A DNA stretch of 64,000 nucleotides from the human T2T-CHM13v2.0 reference genome, Homo sapiens. Under the pieces are notes generated by a model. It was not told where the DNA came from and ran no database searches. It was given only the letters and a program-made list of their open reading frames with translations. Both the position numbers and the translations under genes were made by a program. Where the stretch lies: assembly GCF_009914755.1 (NCBI RefSeq), contig NC_060929.1. One strand, given 5' to 3'. Below are positions 16,761 to 29,873 of this stretch, one piece after another (position 1 is the first letter of the stretch; the number at the start of each line of letters is the position of its first letter).

Positions 16761-17464
16761 TGGCTTTCTGCCAACAGCAGAGAATGGTCTTGGCATCCAT
16801 GATAAGTGGGGGTGAGCGGAGGGAAAGACCAAGCCCCAGGACAGCACACTGACCATTCCAGGAGCCAGCATGGGTGGCCCACACACATGGAAGAACTACA
16901 GCCCAGACAAGCAGGGCCGCACCAACAGAGGGACCCTGCCAATCAACTCCTGAGAAACAGGCATTCTCACAACTTCTTGAATCACCTTAATACTCAGAGT
17001 TTGTGCCATTTTTAAGTAAGAAAAGAAAAACATTTTGGACTACAGAAGCATATATGGTGTTTATTAATATTTTCTTTGAGCAAAAGTTTGTTCTGGGACA
17101 TTTGAGTCCTTGCTAGCCAGAACATTTGCAGCAATTTACTAAACTGACAAATGGAGAGATAAGCCCAAAAGCTACATGGCCACAGGGAGATCAACACATC
17201 CATCCAGTACAGATGGATCAGGAGTGAACTGTCCCTTTCAGTATATTTGACATGAAATTCCTCACCTACACCACTGTTGTATTGTATATACCATTAATAG
17301 TAAAGGTGAATAAATACATAAATAATAAATAACTAGTAAAGGTGAATAAATGGTCTGTTTTGTTAGTTACTCAGCAAATATTTATTGCATGTCACCAAGT
17401 GCAAGGACCAGGCTAGGTTCTGGAAAGAACTGGGAAATTATAAAAGCAAAGATACTGATCACAG

Positions 17465-17680
17465 GCAGCATAACAAGGTAGAAAAATACATGCACTTTAG
17501 AGCTCAATCACCTAAGGTTTAATCTCAGCTCAACTTCTTACCAAGTCAGTTGCCTTGGGTCTGTTACTTAACTCCCCTGAGCCTCATTTCCCTGTCCCAT
17601 AATGTGACAGTAGAACACTACCCTGAAGTGTTCTGCAGGATTAAATGAGGTAACATATGCAACGCACCTAAGAAAAGCCC
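17465..17680 (+). mobile_element. MIR
   Basis: ggttttaatctcagctc...gttacttaactcccctgagcctcatttc...ggattaaatgaggtaacatatgc. Confidence 0.75.
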
Positions 17681-18486
17681 TGCACCAGAATTTACTTATT
17701 CAGAAGAAGCTGGCCCCCAGGCTCTCTCCTACCCCTCCTTCTCTTCATGCCAACTTATTCTTTCACTGAGATTTGCAAACTTATGTATGGACGCCATGGT
17801 TTCTCATTCATTCACATTCCCTGCCCCTTGGCCTCCCTTTGTGTGGAACGCAAACTTCCCCCTGAAGGATAGACCTGTGTCTTGGTTTTGGACTACCCTG
17901 GCAGGAAATTCTAGAGTCCAGATACCCAGACCATGGCTTACATGGGAGGGTTAGGGGATATGATTACTTGGACTTACAGAATGCTCACCCTGTGGGGAAG
18001 GGGAAGGCAAGAGGAGGGTTTAATTAGGATCCTCTGAAATGCAGGGCTGGGCAGGGAATATTGTTGCTCAAGTCTAAGGGCAGTATGGTTTAGAAGTAAA
18101 TTCTATGGGAGTATAAGAATTTTAAGGAATAGTCTTTCTACCAGACTATTTCACTGATTGTGTTTCTACAACAATCATCTTTCCTTAGCTACTCTGCTTC
18201 AGTAGCTATTTTATAGGAATGCTACTCATGTTCCTGCCTTTTCTTGCTTTGAAACTCACTCTGAATCTCTAACAAGTCCAAGGTCTTGAGGTGCTTGTTC
18301 ATTGTTCTGTGCATCTCACTCTAGCTGTTGGATAAAAGAAAATATTACCTAAACCGTATTCACTGTGGTTGCTGTTAGTGTGTGGATTTAAATAACTCTT
18401 CCAGCTACTATTAAACATACTTTGTATAATGACAACTTAGAGGTGGAAAAAGTTCTAGAAATTTAAGCCTAAGTCCAAACATTGAA

Positions 18487-18882
18487 TTTTTTTTAAAATT
18501 TAAATTTAAAGTTTAGATTCAGCGAGTACATATGCAGGTTTGTTACAGGGATACACTGCATGATGCTAAGGTTTGGGCTTCTATTGATCCTGTTGTCCAG
18601 ATAGTGAACATAGTATCCAAAAGGAAGTTGTTTAGCCCTTGCCCCCCTCCCTCTCTGTTTTCGGAGTCCCCAGTATCTATTGTTTCCATCTTTATGTCTG
18701 TGTGTGTCCAGTTACTTATAAGCAGCTACCACTAATAAGTGAAAAGATGGGACATTTGGTTTTCTGTTTTTCACATTAATTCATTTATGATAATGGGTTC
18801 CAGCTGCATCCATGCTGCTACAAAGGACATGATTTTATTGTTTTTATGTCTGCATAGTATTCCACACTGCATATGTACCACA
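18487..18882 (-). mobile_element. Old L1PA/L1PB 3' fragment
   Basis: gtacatatgcaggtttgttacagg...ttccagctgcatccatgctgctacaaaggacatgatttt. Confidence 0.85.
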
Positions 18883-21446
18883 GGGAAATGGAAGTTATAA
18901 AATTACAAGAAAAAAATCAACAGTATCCAAATTCTAATAAAGATTATTAGCTATCTTTATAGCCACAACCACATAATTGACCAAAATATATTCACTCAAA
19001 TTTATAACAACAGAATTATTAATCACTCAATTCAGTGGCCATATGTAGCTATGGCTATGAGTTATTTATCACTCAGTGGTTATATATAGATATGGCTATG
19101 AGTCATTTTAAAAAAAAGAGCCTTCTCTCTGTCAAGGAGACATGATTCATCGAAAAGTCAGAAGCAGAAGAGTCAAAATCCCTAACAGAGAAGTCAAAGG
19201 GTAGAATATGCTGAGATCAGGAATTATAATTCATGCTCTGTGCCAGGATAATCCAGGTATAGCATCCTGACATCCAAGGGGCATATGCAAAGCTTGGTGC
19301 AAGCTGCCCAGGCCAAGGCTGGCTCTAAGGCAGATGCAGGAAGGTCAACCAGCTGGCTGGTTAAAAGGAAACGATGACCTTCCTCTAGGTCTCTTCATTA
19401 CCCTGATATATTCTCCTTGTTCAGGGATAACTAGATCCACTTAACTCTTCTCCTACAAAGATTCATTCATCTCTTCTCCTAGTTCAGGTATGACTCGCTC
19501 CCCTCACTGATTCACTCCAGGGCTCATCTTTAAAATACAGATGCAAACAGGCTGAAATATCCCCAAGGCTAACAGCTTAAAATATATTAAAGATGAATAA
19601 GTGCACCTGGGGCTTCAAGGACTAATGCCATAAAACTGTCATCATTTCCCACCAAACGTTATTTCACCCACTCACTTGATGTACATCTGTGGCCTGTTCA
19701 CACTGCATATGGCTGTGGACAGAAAATGCCTCAGTTCAAAACTGACACAGTGGGTCTGGAAGAGGCTTCTGCTGTGGCTTTCTCTCTCTGGTTTTAGCTC
19801 CGAACCTTGTCACCCTAACATAAGGACGATGAACAAGCCCACGTGGAGGCTCAGAAGGTTCCAAATATGGTTCCAACTCTGTGTCTGACTAACTAATGTG
19901 TGGCCTGAACAAAGTATTATTTAAAAATCTAAAATGCCAAAAGCAACTACTCTATTTCTGCTACATTTAAACCTGTCAATCACGCCCCAAACTTCTACCA
20001 GCTTCCTCAATTCACCACATGCATTATGTGTGAGCTGCATCCATCCACACCTGTTGTTACAACTTTCCATTTGATTGCAAATAATTCCAATTCATCATAA
20101 CTCACAAATCTCACCCATTTCCACAAGCAAACTTCAGGTTTTTTTTCAACATGAGGTTGAAAGAGAAGAGGGAAAGAGTGGAGGAAAAGGAGAGAAAAGA
20201 GAGAAAAAATACGGAAATACACAACGGGTCAATATCAAGTCCAGATAAGCTTTCTTCATGGCTGTCACACACAAAAGCACTGTGGCTCTCAGGGTCACCC
20301 TTTCTGTCCTAGCCACAGTGCCCAATCACTGATTCATTCTCACAATATCAATCAACACACAGCTTTGCTGCCATAACTGGATGTAGTCATTCCTTCCCAA
20401 TGTCAATGTCTATGTGTTTTTTCTTTCTCAATCATAATATGATATCAAGGTCTCTCCACATTTCTGTTATCTGGATGTCTTCCTAATTTTATCTTCTTGA
20501 AGACCTGGTTATGTAAACAAGTCCTGTATACATCATGAAAAGGCAAATTCTGGTAGCCCACATTCAATCATTATTGATTACTAGTGCCCTACTGATAACT
20601 CCTTCTGATTTGATAACAACTCACCCCAGCCTGACTCCCAATGGACCCACCTAATAATTATCATCTTCCAATTTGAGAAGCTAATAACATTAACTTGTTC
20701 ATCTTGTCAAGCTAGTGAGTAAGGGAATAGAATAATTATTGTAAATCACATTACAGACCTCAGGCAAAGTTCATCGCAGTGATCCCAGTAGCCACAGGGT
20801 AATGTCTCTAAGCATCAGGATTTCTGAGTCATCTCCTGCTCTGACTTCATGCCTAGCCCTTCTGCCAGAATTACACAAGATGTGTCCTCTAATTCCCCAG
20901 TTATAGAGTCCCTGTGGGTCCTTTATCCCATTGTGGGTAGTATTTCCTATTTAGGAGACACAAGCCCAGCACACTCAAGCCACTGCCCCCGAGAGCTGCT
21001 GAGTCCATTCAGCTGCCAGGATGGAAAGAACTCTGAAAGGGAGGAAACTAGTTTTCTTGTAAACTTGTGTTTTACCCTCCCAGTTGTTCTTAATGAGGCT
21101 AAGACTCCCCAAATAAGTATAAAGAGAAAAGAAGGAATAAATACGATTCTAGATTTCCTACCCCTGTTTCCATAAGAGTAATTTTGCCTTCACCTGCTTT
21201 ATTTTGTGCATTCCATATAATTTTTTAATGGATTCCATTTACAACCTAATGATAGTCTGAAAACAGCTGAACAGGGTGACCTTCTAGTCCCAGTCTCCTA
21301 TATATAGCAAAATACACCAAAGGCCTGTTCTAGGAGTATGAGCAGAAGAGACAGCCACCTGTATGCAATGTGATTTAAAAAATAAAAGATGCCTACCCCA
21401 AATCATCTCCTTCCCATGCTCCTTGCAATTTCCAAATTCTTCACAC

Positions 21447-22179
21447 TGTCAGAGATAAAGGAAGCCAGACACTAGTTAAAGTGGGGAGGACAGATTTGAA
21501 CCACTAATACGCTATTGCAATAGGGAAGGGAGTGCAGTGTGAACTGAACTCAACCTTGATTTGCACAGAGGAGACTGTGTATTTCAGAAGAGGAATGAGA
21601 GAGTAGAAAAGGGAAGGGGTGAGAGCAGGCTCAGTGAAGTCAGAGAGTGAAAAATTACAAAGGGTTGGTCAACATTAAAGTTGATTAGACAATTATGGGA
21701 GTTAGGATTCTATCTGCCCAGATACCAAAAGACAGAGGCCCTCTCTCTCCTGATGGTTACTTTTTAGAAGAATGGCTCTTGGGTCCTTGAGAAAGACACT
21801 CTTGAGCAGTAGGAAGTGCATATATTTATCAAAGGTTACAGGGCAAGGATTCACAATTGTAAGCCCTTTTTAGTAAATGCTCTAAGAAAGGGTGGTTGGG
21901 CCTAGCTCCAGGGTGTTGGCTAGAAGAAATAGTAAACTCTCCTGGCAACCTTGAGCTTCCTCAGGCAGGCATCCTAAGTGGGGTAGGGTAGTCCTAGGGA
22001 TGTGGCCTTGAGCTGTTAGAAATTATTCTAGTGTTTGTGTAAGTCTTTTAATGTGGGGCACGAGTGGATGAAATCATTGGTGTTGAGAATCTGTAGTTGT
22101 GATAGGAAGTTAAGGCCTAGTCAAGAAGGGGGTTCAGAGGAGCATGGCTAAAGTTTGGTAAGTTAGAGAATCTTTGTCA
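21447..22179 (-). mobile_element. ERV1 solo LTR (MER67/MER31-like), 733 bp
   Basis: rc starts TGACAAAGATTCTCTAACTTACCAAACTTTAGCC and ends TGACA. 4-bp TSD acac at 21443-21446 and 22180-22183. Confidence 0.75.
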
Positions 22180-23135
22180 ACACCTAGAAACCAAAGATGC
22201 TATTTTTAAGTCATTAACTGATAGCACTAATATGTCAAATAATTTTAAACTTGTGTCCCTTTACTGATATTAAACTATTATCAAGCAGCTTAGCAGCATG
22301 GTCACTTGGTCAGGGCTCTGGGGTTGGAGACAGCCTCACAGGGTAGGTTATTGGAGAGCGAGGAAAAGAATGAAGAATTCCAGACACAACTGCTACCACT
22401 CCGACCAAACACTGACAACTTATTTCCAAGTAACTGTCCTGCCAAGCTTGCTTTAAAACAGAAAGGTAAGACTTATGGTAGTATAAACAGTGGACTTGCC
22501 AAAAGTCTTTTAAAATAGTTTATTCTTTTATGTAGAGTAAGAAGAACCCACTTGGAAGTTTCTTTCCTTGGCATTGCTCAGTAAGCCCTTTTGTTCCAAT
22601 AATATATAGATAAACTAGAGGTCAGTCATTTTAATTGTTACCAACTTGAATTTTACTGTAAATATGTGTTTGTGGCATGGCTATCCTGAGAAATAGCAAG
22701 TACTCACTTTGATAACTCAGCAAAGGTTCATTTTCTTAAGGGTAGAACCCTAGTGTGTGCTTCCACCTTTTCCACAGACCACATCCACCTATTTCAGGGT
22801 GCCCGTGCTTCCTGAGTCCCATTCCTCCACAACACAATTTGGCTGCAAGCTGCCCAGATAGAACTGGTTTATAAACTGGAAAGCCAAGAACTTCAGTCTT
22901 CAAAGCAGGCTAGCATATGCTGTTCATGTACAAACAAGTGAATTCTTACTTCATACAAAAATCTCACTCCCTCCTCTCTTTTTAGGTTGTCACAAAGTGT
23001 CTGAATGGCTGAATGATTCTGTTGATAGGATCCATGGTCTCTTCTTGCAGTTTCCTTCTCTGTCTGCCAATTTCACACTTACCCTCAATTCTAACAGTTC
23101 CCACACTGGCAATACCCATCCAGTGGGGTTGGGTT

Positions 23136-23246
23136 GGGTTGCCAGATAAAATACAGGATGCCCAATTACACTGAATTTTATATAAGTAATGGATAATTTT
23201 TAGTATAAATACATGTTATTTTAATTTCCTAATTTCAGCAACTCTA
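23136..23246. mobile_element. MER53-like hAT MITE, internally deleted
   Basis: gggttgccagataaaatacaggatgcccaatt...cagcaactcta terminal inverted ends. Confidence 0.6.
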
Positions 23247-23352
23247 TTCCTAGACAAAAATCCACTATCCAATTATTTTATCTTCCTGGTGTATAAAACA
23301 TTATTCTGGAAAGTTGTAGAACTATGATAACTGCTTAAAATATAAATTGATA

Positions 23353-23663
23353 GGCTGGATGTGGTGGCTTATGCTTGTAATCTCAGCACTTTGGGATGCC
23401 AAGGCCGGTGGATCACCTGAGGTCAGGAGTTTGAGACCAGCCTGGCCGACATGGTGAACCCTGTCTCTACTGAAAATACAAAAAAAAAAAAAAAAAATTT
23501 AGCTGGGCATGGTGGCAGGCACCTATAATCGTAGCTACTTGGGAGGCTGAGGCAGGAGAATCACTTGAACCCGGGGGGTAGAGGTTGTAGTAAGCTGAGA
23601 TTGTGCTGCTGCACTCAAGCCTGGGCAACAGAGAGAGACTTTGTCTCAAAAAACAAACAAACA

Positions 23664-23666
<3 letters not shown>
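23353..23666 (+). mobile_element. AluS (Sx-like)
   Basis: ggctggatgtggtggct...gatcacctgaggtcaggag...gtctcaaaaaacaaac. Confidence 0.95.
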
Positions 23667-23722
<56 letters not shown>

Positions 23723-23727
23723 TATAT
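23667..23727 (+). repeat. (TA)n(CA)n compound microsatellite at the Alu tail
   Basis: Directly visible. Confidence 0.95.
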
Positions 23728-23729
23728 CA

Positions 23730-23935
23730 ATTCATAGATCAGTTGTTTCCAGGAGCTGAAGATGTGGGGAGACACTGGCTATAAGAAGGAGGGAGAGCTT
23801 TTGAGGGGAGGTGATCAAACTGTTCTATACATTAATTCTGGTGGTATACACATGACTATATGCATCTGTCAAAACTTATAGAACTCTACAATAAAAGGGA
23901 TGGATTTTACTGTAAATAAATAATACCTAAATAAA
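23730..23935 (+). mobile_element. L1ME-like 3' terminus
   Basis: ggtggtatacacatgactatatgcatctgtcaaaacttatagaactctac...aataataccta. Confidence 0.65.
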
Positions 23936-24905
23936 CCAGACTTTTTTAAGTGGAAAATAAATGTACACTACTCGGTATCAGACGGCCCTCACACATTTCA
24001 GACACCATTTTATTCCTCCCTTAGTATCACCAGAGTAAATGCCTCACAACAGCTATTCTATTTTTTTCATTCTCCATAGGTTCACAATTCCAACACCACA
24101 TCTCTCCCTGCAAACAGATTTGTTCAGTCACGCAACCAGAGTGTAATCTTAGCTGGATCTGGAACTATAAAGATGAAAATAGAGTTCCTACCAAAAAACA
24201 TTCCTCATGGGCTAGTAGGCAAACAGAAACAAATAATAATAAAAAAAAAGACATACAATGTAAAAAAAATCTGTATAATGGGCAATTATAAGATGTTGTA
24301 CTGTACAGAGGAATAGTAAACAGTAAAGTCTCTTCAATAACTCAGGAAAAGTTAAAAATGCTGGAGTTCAGCCTTCAAAGCAGGGAGTTATATAGGTAGA
24401 TAAAGGAAGGTGAGTAGCCGGAGAAAAAAGGCAGACGATCAGCTGCACAGGTGGGTCAGCACAAACGATGAAAGCCGTTGACACTCAGGTGCTGTGGGAA
24501 TTCTTGCTTGCCGTAACAGAAACCGGCCTTGGCTAGCTGGAGGAGAAAAAAGTAGACTCCATTGGAAGGACATGCAGGTTCAGACTCAGTAGAAGTCTTC
24601 ATCACTAAGGACAGAAAATGAGCAAAAACCCAGGCGCGCAAGATGCCAAGGAGCAAGAATCACGACCACTATCCTGTAGCAAGAATTACAGCCAGGACAC
24701 TGCTGCTGCCGCCGCCACTGAAAGCCAATGGGCGCCACCACTGACACCAACAATAAGTTCTAACAGCCTCTTGACCTTTAACCCATTCGCTCTAGAGTCA
24801 GAGTCCCAGCCTGAGTCACATGGCTATCTATGAGCAGTGCCAGGGGCTGCCAGAATGCACAGGGAGGTAAGGACAGCCTCTTTCCAAGGTTCCATACACA
24901 CGACA

Positions 24906-25135
24906 TGTCCATGTGACTCGCCCGGAGGTCCCTTAGTAGCCGTCTCTTTGGCAGATCCACCTTCGAGGTATGGAAGTGCTTGTGTTCAAGGAACTCTTAG
25001 TTTACTTAATAATGGCCCAAAGTGCAGGAGTGGGGATGCTGGCAATTTGAATATCCCTAAAGTGCTTCCTTTAAGCTAAAAGGTGAAAGTTTGAACCTAA
25101 TAAGGAAAGAACAAAAATTATATGCTGAGGTTGCC
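24906..25135 (-). repeat. Inverted copy of an internal MER44 segment (left arm of a 230-bp inverted repeat)
   Basis: rc of 25476-25706 with about 4 substitutions and 1 indel. ORFs 24837-25079(+) and 25533-25757(-) share an identical C-terminal peptide (CDSPGGPL...PKVLPLS). Confidence 0.97.
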
Positions 25136-25196
25136 CCTTCCCAAAATAGGAGAGGGGCCTGAATCCCTAGCACCATTAGTATCCAGGGGCTCTATA

Positions 25197-25907
25197 CGAC
25201 AGTCCCCCATTATCTGCAGGGCATATGTTCCAGGACCCCCAGTGTAGGCCTGAAACTGCACTGATAGTACCAAACCTAATTGCGGTCAATCAGAACACAT
25301 TTCTGTTTATGTCTTCCGCCCACAAATTCAATGCCTTTTTTATCTTAGCTAAGCACTTATTGCACACTGTGGCCATAACCTTTGCAGATCAAGGTGCAAC
25401 AGCAAAACTGGCATGAATTTCTTTTTCCCTCTTCACATCTTCATGGATAGAAGATTCATTTTTAGCATAAACCTTGGCAACCTCAGCATATAATTTTTGT
25501 TTTTTTCCTTATTAGGTTCAAACTTTCACCTTTTAGCTTAAAGGAAGCACTTTAGGGATATTCAAATTGCCAGCATCCCCACTCCTGCACTTTGGGCCAT
25601 TATTAAGTAAACTAAGAGTTCCTTGAACACAAGCACTTCCATACCTCGAAGGTGGATCTGCTAATGAGACGGCTACTAAGGGACCTCCAGGCGAGTCACA
25701 TGGACAGCATGGACATGCTGGACAAAGGGATGCTACACACCCCAGGCAGGATGGCATGAAATTTCATCACACTACTCAGAACAGAATGCAAATTAAAACT
25801 TACGAATTGTGTATCTCTTAAATGTTCCACTCAATATTTTCGGACACGGTTGACTGCAGGTAACCGAAACCACAAAAAGCCAAACTTGAAATAAAGGGTG
25901 CCTCCGG
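25197..25907 (+). mobile_element. MER44 (Tigger7-derived) DNA transposon, ~710 bp
   Basis: TA|cgacagtcccccattatctgcagg...aataaagggtgcctccgg|TA, degenerate TIRs with TA TSD. Confidence 0.8.
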
Positions 25908-26483
25908 TAATATGGCCTGTCTGGTCTTTCTAACCTGGATTTTCCCCACTGGAAAGAAAATCTCTTCTCCAACTCTGTGGGTCTCATACTAGCACGCTTT
26001 CGGGACGTCACATTTTAGGCTGAGTAATATTCTCTGTGTGTCTTCTGGCTCATCCTTCCAACTCGACATGTGCTTTCTGGAAGCAGTTATTTCACGGCAG
26101 CCATGTGTCTTTCTATTCCCCCTTGTGCTCAGCACACTGCCTTCCACAAACTAGCTGCCTAATGCATGTCTGTGTTCTGCATGGATGTGTTCCGAGGCAA
26201 CTCAGCATGTGCAGTTGGAAATGTGCCGCTTTTATTTGGCAGAGTCAAATCTCCTCCAAACCAGACCCTTTTATTTCAGCTCACAGAAGATCCCTGCCCT
26301 AAAGGCCTCTGCCTTGAACCAAACCTCAATAAGCCAGATTATAAACCAGCCAAAACCACCGGAGATTATGTCAATGTGCATGTGGCTTTGGAGCGCCTAA
26401 AAACTGGCACAAAGCATCAGGGAGGCTGCCAGTGAGCTCTCTGAAGAAAGCAAAACAGGGATCCGGGCCCACGGCGCGATGTT

Positions 26484-26496
26484 CAGGGAATCCCTG
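26484..26496. promoter_or_regulatory. NF-kB-like palindrome CAGGGAATCCCTG in a locally CpG-retaining patch
   Basis: Motif match only. Several CpGs at 26464-26505. Confidence 0.3.
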
Positions 26497-29400
26497 CTTA
26501 CAGCGCCTTTTCAGACATTGCATAAGCTACAGAAAAGCAAAATCTGTGAATTATCTGTCTTTTAACAAGCCAAAAGAACCTGTACAGCATCCTATTTTTT
26601 TTTTTTTATCTAGGGAAAAGAAACAATAAGTTTCACTAGGCTGAGGAAGAAAAGGGATTACATTTGTGGAGTGGATAGTCTTCTCATCCCATTTAAACAC
26701 AGAAATATTTAAAGAGATTGTAATGGGAATTTTATCTCAGGCCTCAGATGTTACCCTGGTATAATAGTTTCTCCTTTCATCCATGACTAGGACATGGTGA
26801 TGCCACAATCCTCCCACATCTCCAAGAAATCATAATAGCCTTCTTTCCTGACAAAGTTGTTGAAGAGGAATAGAAGAGAACACAGACTCATTATGTCCCT
26901 TCACAAAGCAGTCACATCATTTAAAAAAAAAAAAAAAAAAACCACAAGTACTCTCATTTGCGGCCAAGTTCAGGCCTTAAATAAAATTTACAGAATAAAG
27001 TGGCTATTTAAGTGGAGTTTTATTAATATTCCAGCAAAAGAGATATAATGAAAAAGCTACAAAGTTCAGAGAAGAGTTTAAACAATCCAATTACATATAA
27101 AGACAAATAATAATAATATGGATTTTCAAGGACATTGTCCTCAGAAAGGGGCATAAACACAAATATCAGCCTTTGTTCCTCTGTATGTAATAGAAAAAAG
27201 AAAAAATAATTTCCCAGTCTTCCATTTCTATGAGTTTTTATTCGGAACTTCTGTTATCTCTCAGTAAGTAAATGTAAGAGTATTCTCTAGAGAGCTGTTT
27301 TATTATACAACAAGTACACCATAAAGAGCCATGCTGGCCAAAAGTAATGCAAAATGGAAGTCGAGTCAGACTTCCCTTTCACTATGATTTGCCATCCAGT
27401 GAGTCAGAGCAATATCTTGAAACTGTTCTGAATGAAAAATGTTTGGTTTTTTTTTCTTCTGTTGAATTAATGTTCATGCTTCAAAGAACAGTAGAAACTA
27501 CAAAACTCTAGAGCCACAGAGATCATTAAACCCCTATTGCATTACAGGAGAGTCAACTTGGTTTAAAGTAGTCAAGTGGCCTACCCAAGGCATGGCACAG
27601 AGCCCAGGCAGGCATCCAGGCCTCCTCTCTCTATCCCTGGGCTCCTCCTGCTGCTCTCCAGTTTTCTATCCATGCCACGGTGACTGTGACCATGCCCTTT
27701 CACAGAAGTGGCCACAGGCAGATTCTGAAGCACCTTTGTGTAGAGCCTGAGAGCAGGTTACAGTGGTCAGTTCATGCTAACCCAGAAGTGGAGCTGGAGG
27801 GGTAAGGAAGAGCTATGGTCACCACTCCCCAGGTGTGTGACTCAAATCTGAATATCAGGATTAAAATTCCTGAAAGATTGTAGACAAGCCAAATGCCAAG
27901 TCCATTTAAAGACTCCAAACACAGCACCTTTCATACTTACTACCTTGTTAATACTTAAAACCAAGAGAAGAAGCCCATACACAGAGCGTTTCCCAAGCAA
28001 AAACACTGTGTTGCTATTACCCTGCCTTTAAAAGGGCACCATCCAAGGCCAAAATTAACCTCAAAGAGTGTAGAGCCACATAAGGATGTACAAAACTCAG
28101 AACTATGCACCAGATTGAAAATGTAGTAATTATAGGATGCTGGAGTTAGCTTGCCAACCAAACACAGACCCATCAGCCCTCCACCCCACCACTGTCTAAT
28201 CAACATGAATTTACAGGCAAAGAAGAGCAATAAGCAATCCACTCACTTAAGTTAAGGAGAGAAGACTCCATGAGGCTTAACTTCTGCAAACCTCTTGCAA
28301 AGCAAATGCAAGAGAAACAGTTTCAAACTATAAAATGTTTGCTTCCTTGGAACAAGTAAAGGACGAATGTCATTTTCAATCTCTGCTTGAGAGTGACACA
28401 GGACATGGTCAGAACTCTGTGATCATGGAAGACAGAGAAGAATAAGTGAGATGACTTGATACTTGTTAGGCAGTCTGCTTTATAATCAAAAGGCTCATTT
28501 CTTTTTTCTAGAGATTGGTTTTCTCAGCTGTAAAAGGGGAGACTGAACCAGATGCTCTTTAAAATCATCTCCTGCTTTGACCATTTTTTTGCATTTACTT
28601 CTTTCCCTTTACGCTTTATTGTTTAACATTTACAATAAGATGTCAACATTACCATGTATTAATAGTAGTGGAAGGTGCGAGCTCAGTCCAGCAGCATGAT
28701 TTTGTGACCGTGGGGGAGGTTTATAACCTCTGCGTCAGTATCTTAGTCTTTAAAGTGAAGCACCTGTCTCATAGGGTTGTTACAAGTTCCTATATCACAT
28801 CAAATGAGAGAATGAAACCAAAGTGCTGGGAACAATAACTGACGTGGAGGAAAGCTCAAAAACTCTTAGCCATTATTATCTTTTATTATTACTTAGTTGG
28901 GATCTGGTCTTAAAGGTGAAGAATACAGAACCAGAGAAAACAAGACAATGTTTAACTCCTTGAGATCAATAAATGTTATTTCTGAGAATAGGATAATCGG
29001 AAAACCAATGAAAAAAAAAAGACTGACAATATTCCAAAACTTAGAAAAGCTGCTATTTTTCATACTGGTAAAAGTCTCTCAGAAGAGAAATTCCCAAGGG
29101 CTCAGCAAAATGCTACAATAAATAGTGCATTCTCAAAAGGGGAGCAATTTAAGAGGGCACTTTGGCAAAGCCTCGTGACTTATCTGGATGGAATTTTTTA
29201 ATTTTATGTCTATGCTTCAAAATAGGCAACTATGTGATTATTCCTGGTGGGCCTATTAAGGCATCTTGTCAAGCTTCTATTCCTTTAAATTTATTAATTT
29301 TAATGCCATGCTACAGAAAATACCAAAAAAATTAAATATGTATTCTTTCAGTTTTGCAGGACAAAGCTAAGCTCAACTCTAAAGGGACTAGGATATGTAA

Positions 29401-29754
29401 GGAAATCCTAATTTTAAAATCATTAATTTTAAAGTTAACTTCCAAGGGTCATTTCCCACAGGGTTGTGAATTTTTATCATGCTCCTAAAACTGCCTGGAT
29501 TCTTTAGAACATTGCGTGGCTCAGTTCTTGTCATCAATGAACTAGGTCTGCTGACTCTAAATGTAATCAACGCAGGGTAGATGAGAATGGAAGGTGGAAC
29601 ACCCCTGCCTCACCAAACACTAAAAATGCTGAAATGACTAGCAACCTGACCACAGCAGGGCCCGGAAAAGGGCTGTAATTAGAAACAATCTCATAGCATC
29701 CAACCTGTAAAGTACATTCACAAAGAGATGTTGCTACTCTGCAAATGGCACCAA

Positions 29755-29791
29755 TGATGATAACAATGATGATGATGATGACGATGATAAT
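29755..29791 (+). repeat. Imperfect (GAT)n repeat
   Basis: atgatgataacaatgatgatgatgatgacgatgataatg. Confidence 0.85.
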
Positions 29792-29873
29792 GGTAGTGTC
29801 TATTAAGCACATATCTTCCAGGCACTGTTCTAAATGCTTTAGGCATAATACCTCTGAGGTAGGAATTGTTGCC

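Noticed and set aside
24901-24911. p53-like half-site GACATGTCC at the inverted-repeat junction
   Set aside because: A single half-site with no adjacent second decamer.
24837-25757. Two ORFs with an identical peptide, as a duplicated gene pair
   Set aside because: A by-product of the inverted MER44 segment; no coding evidence.
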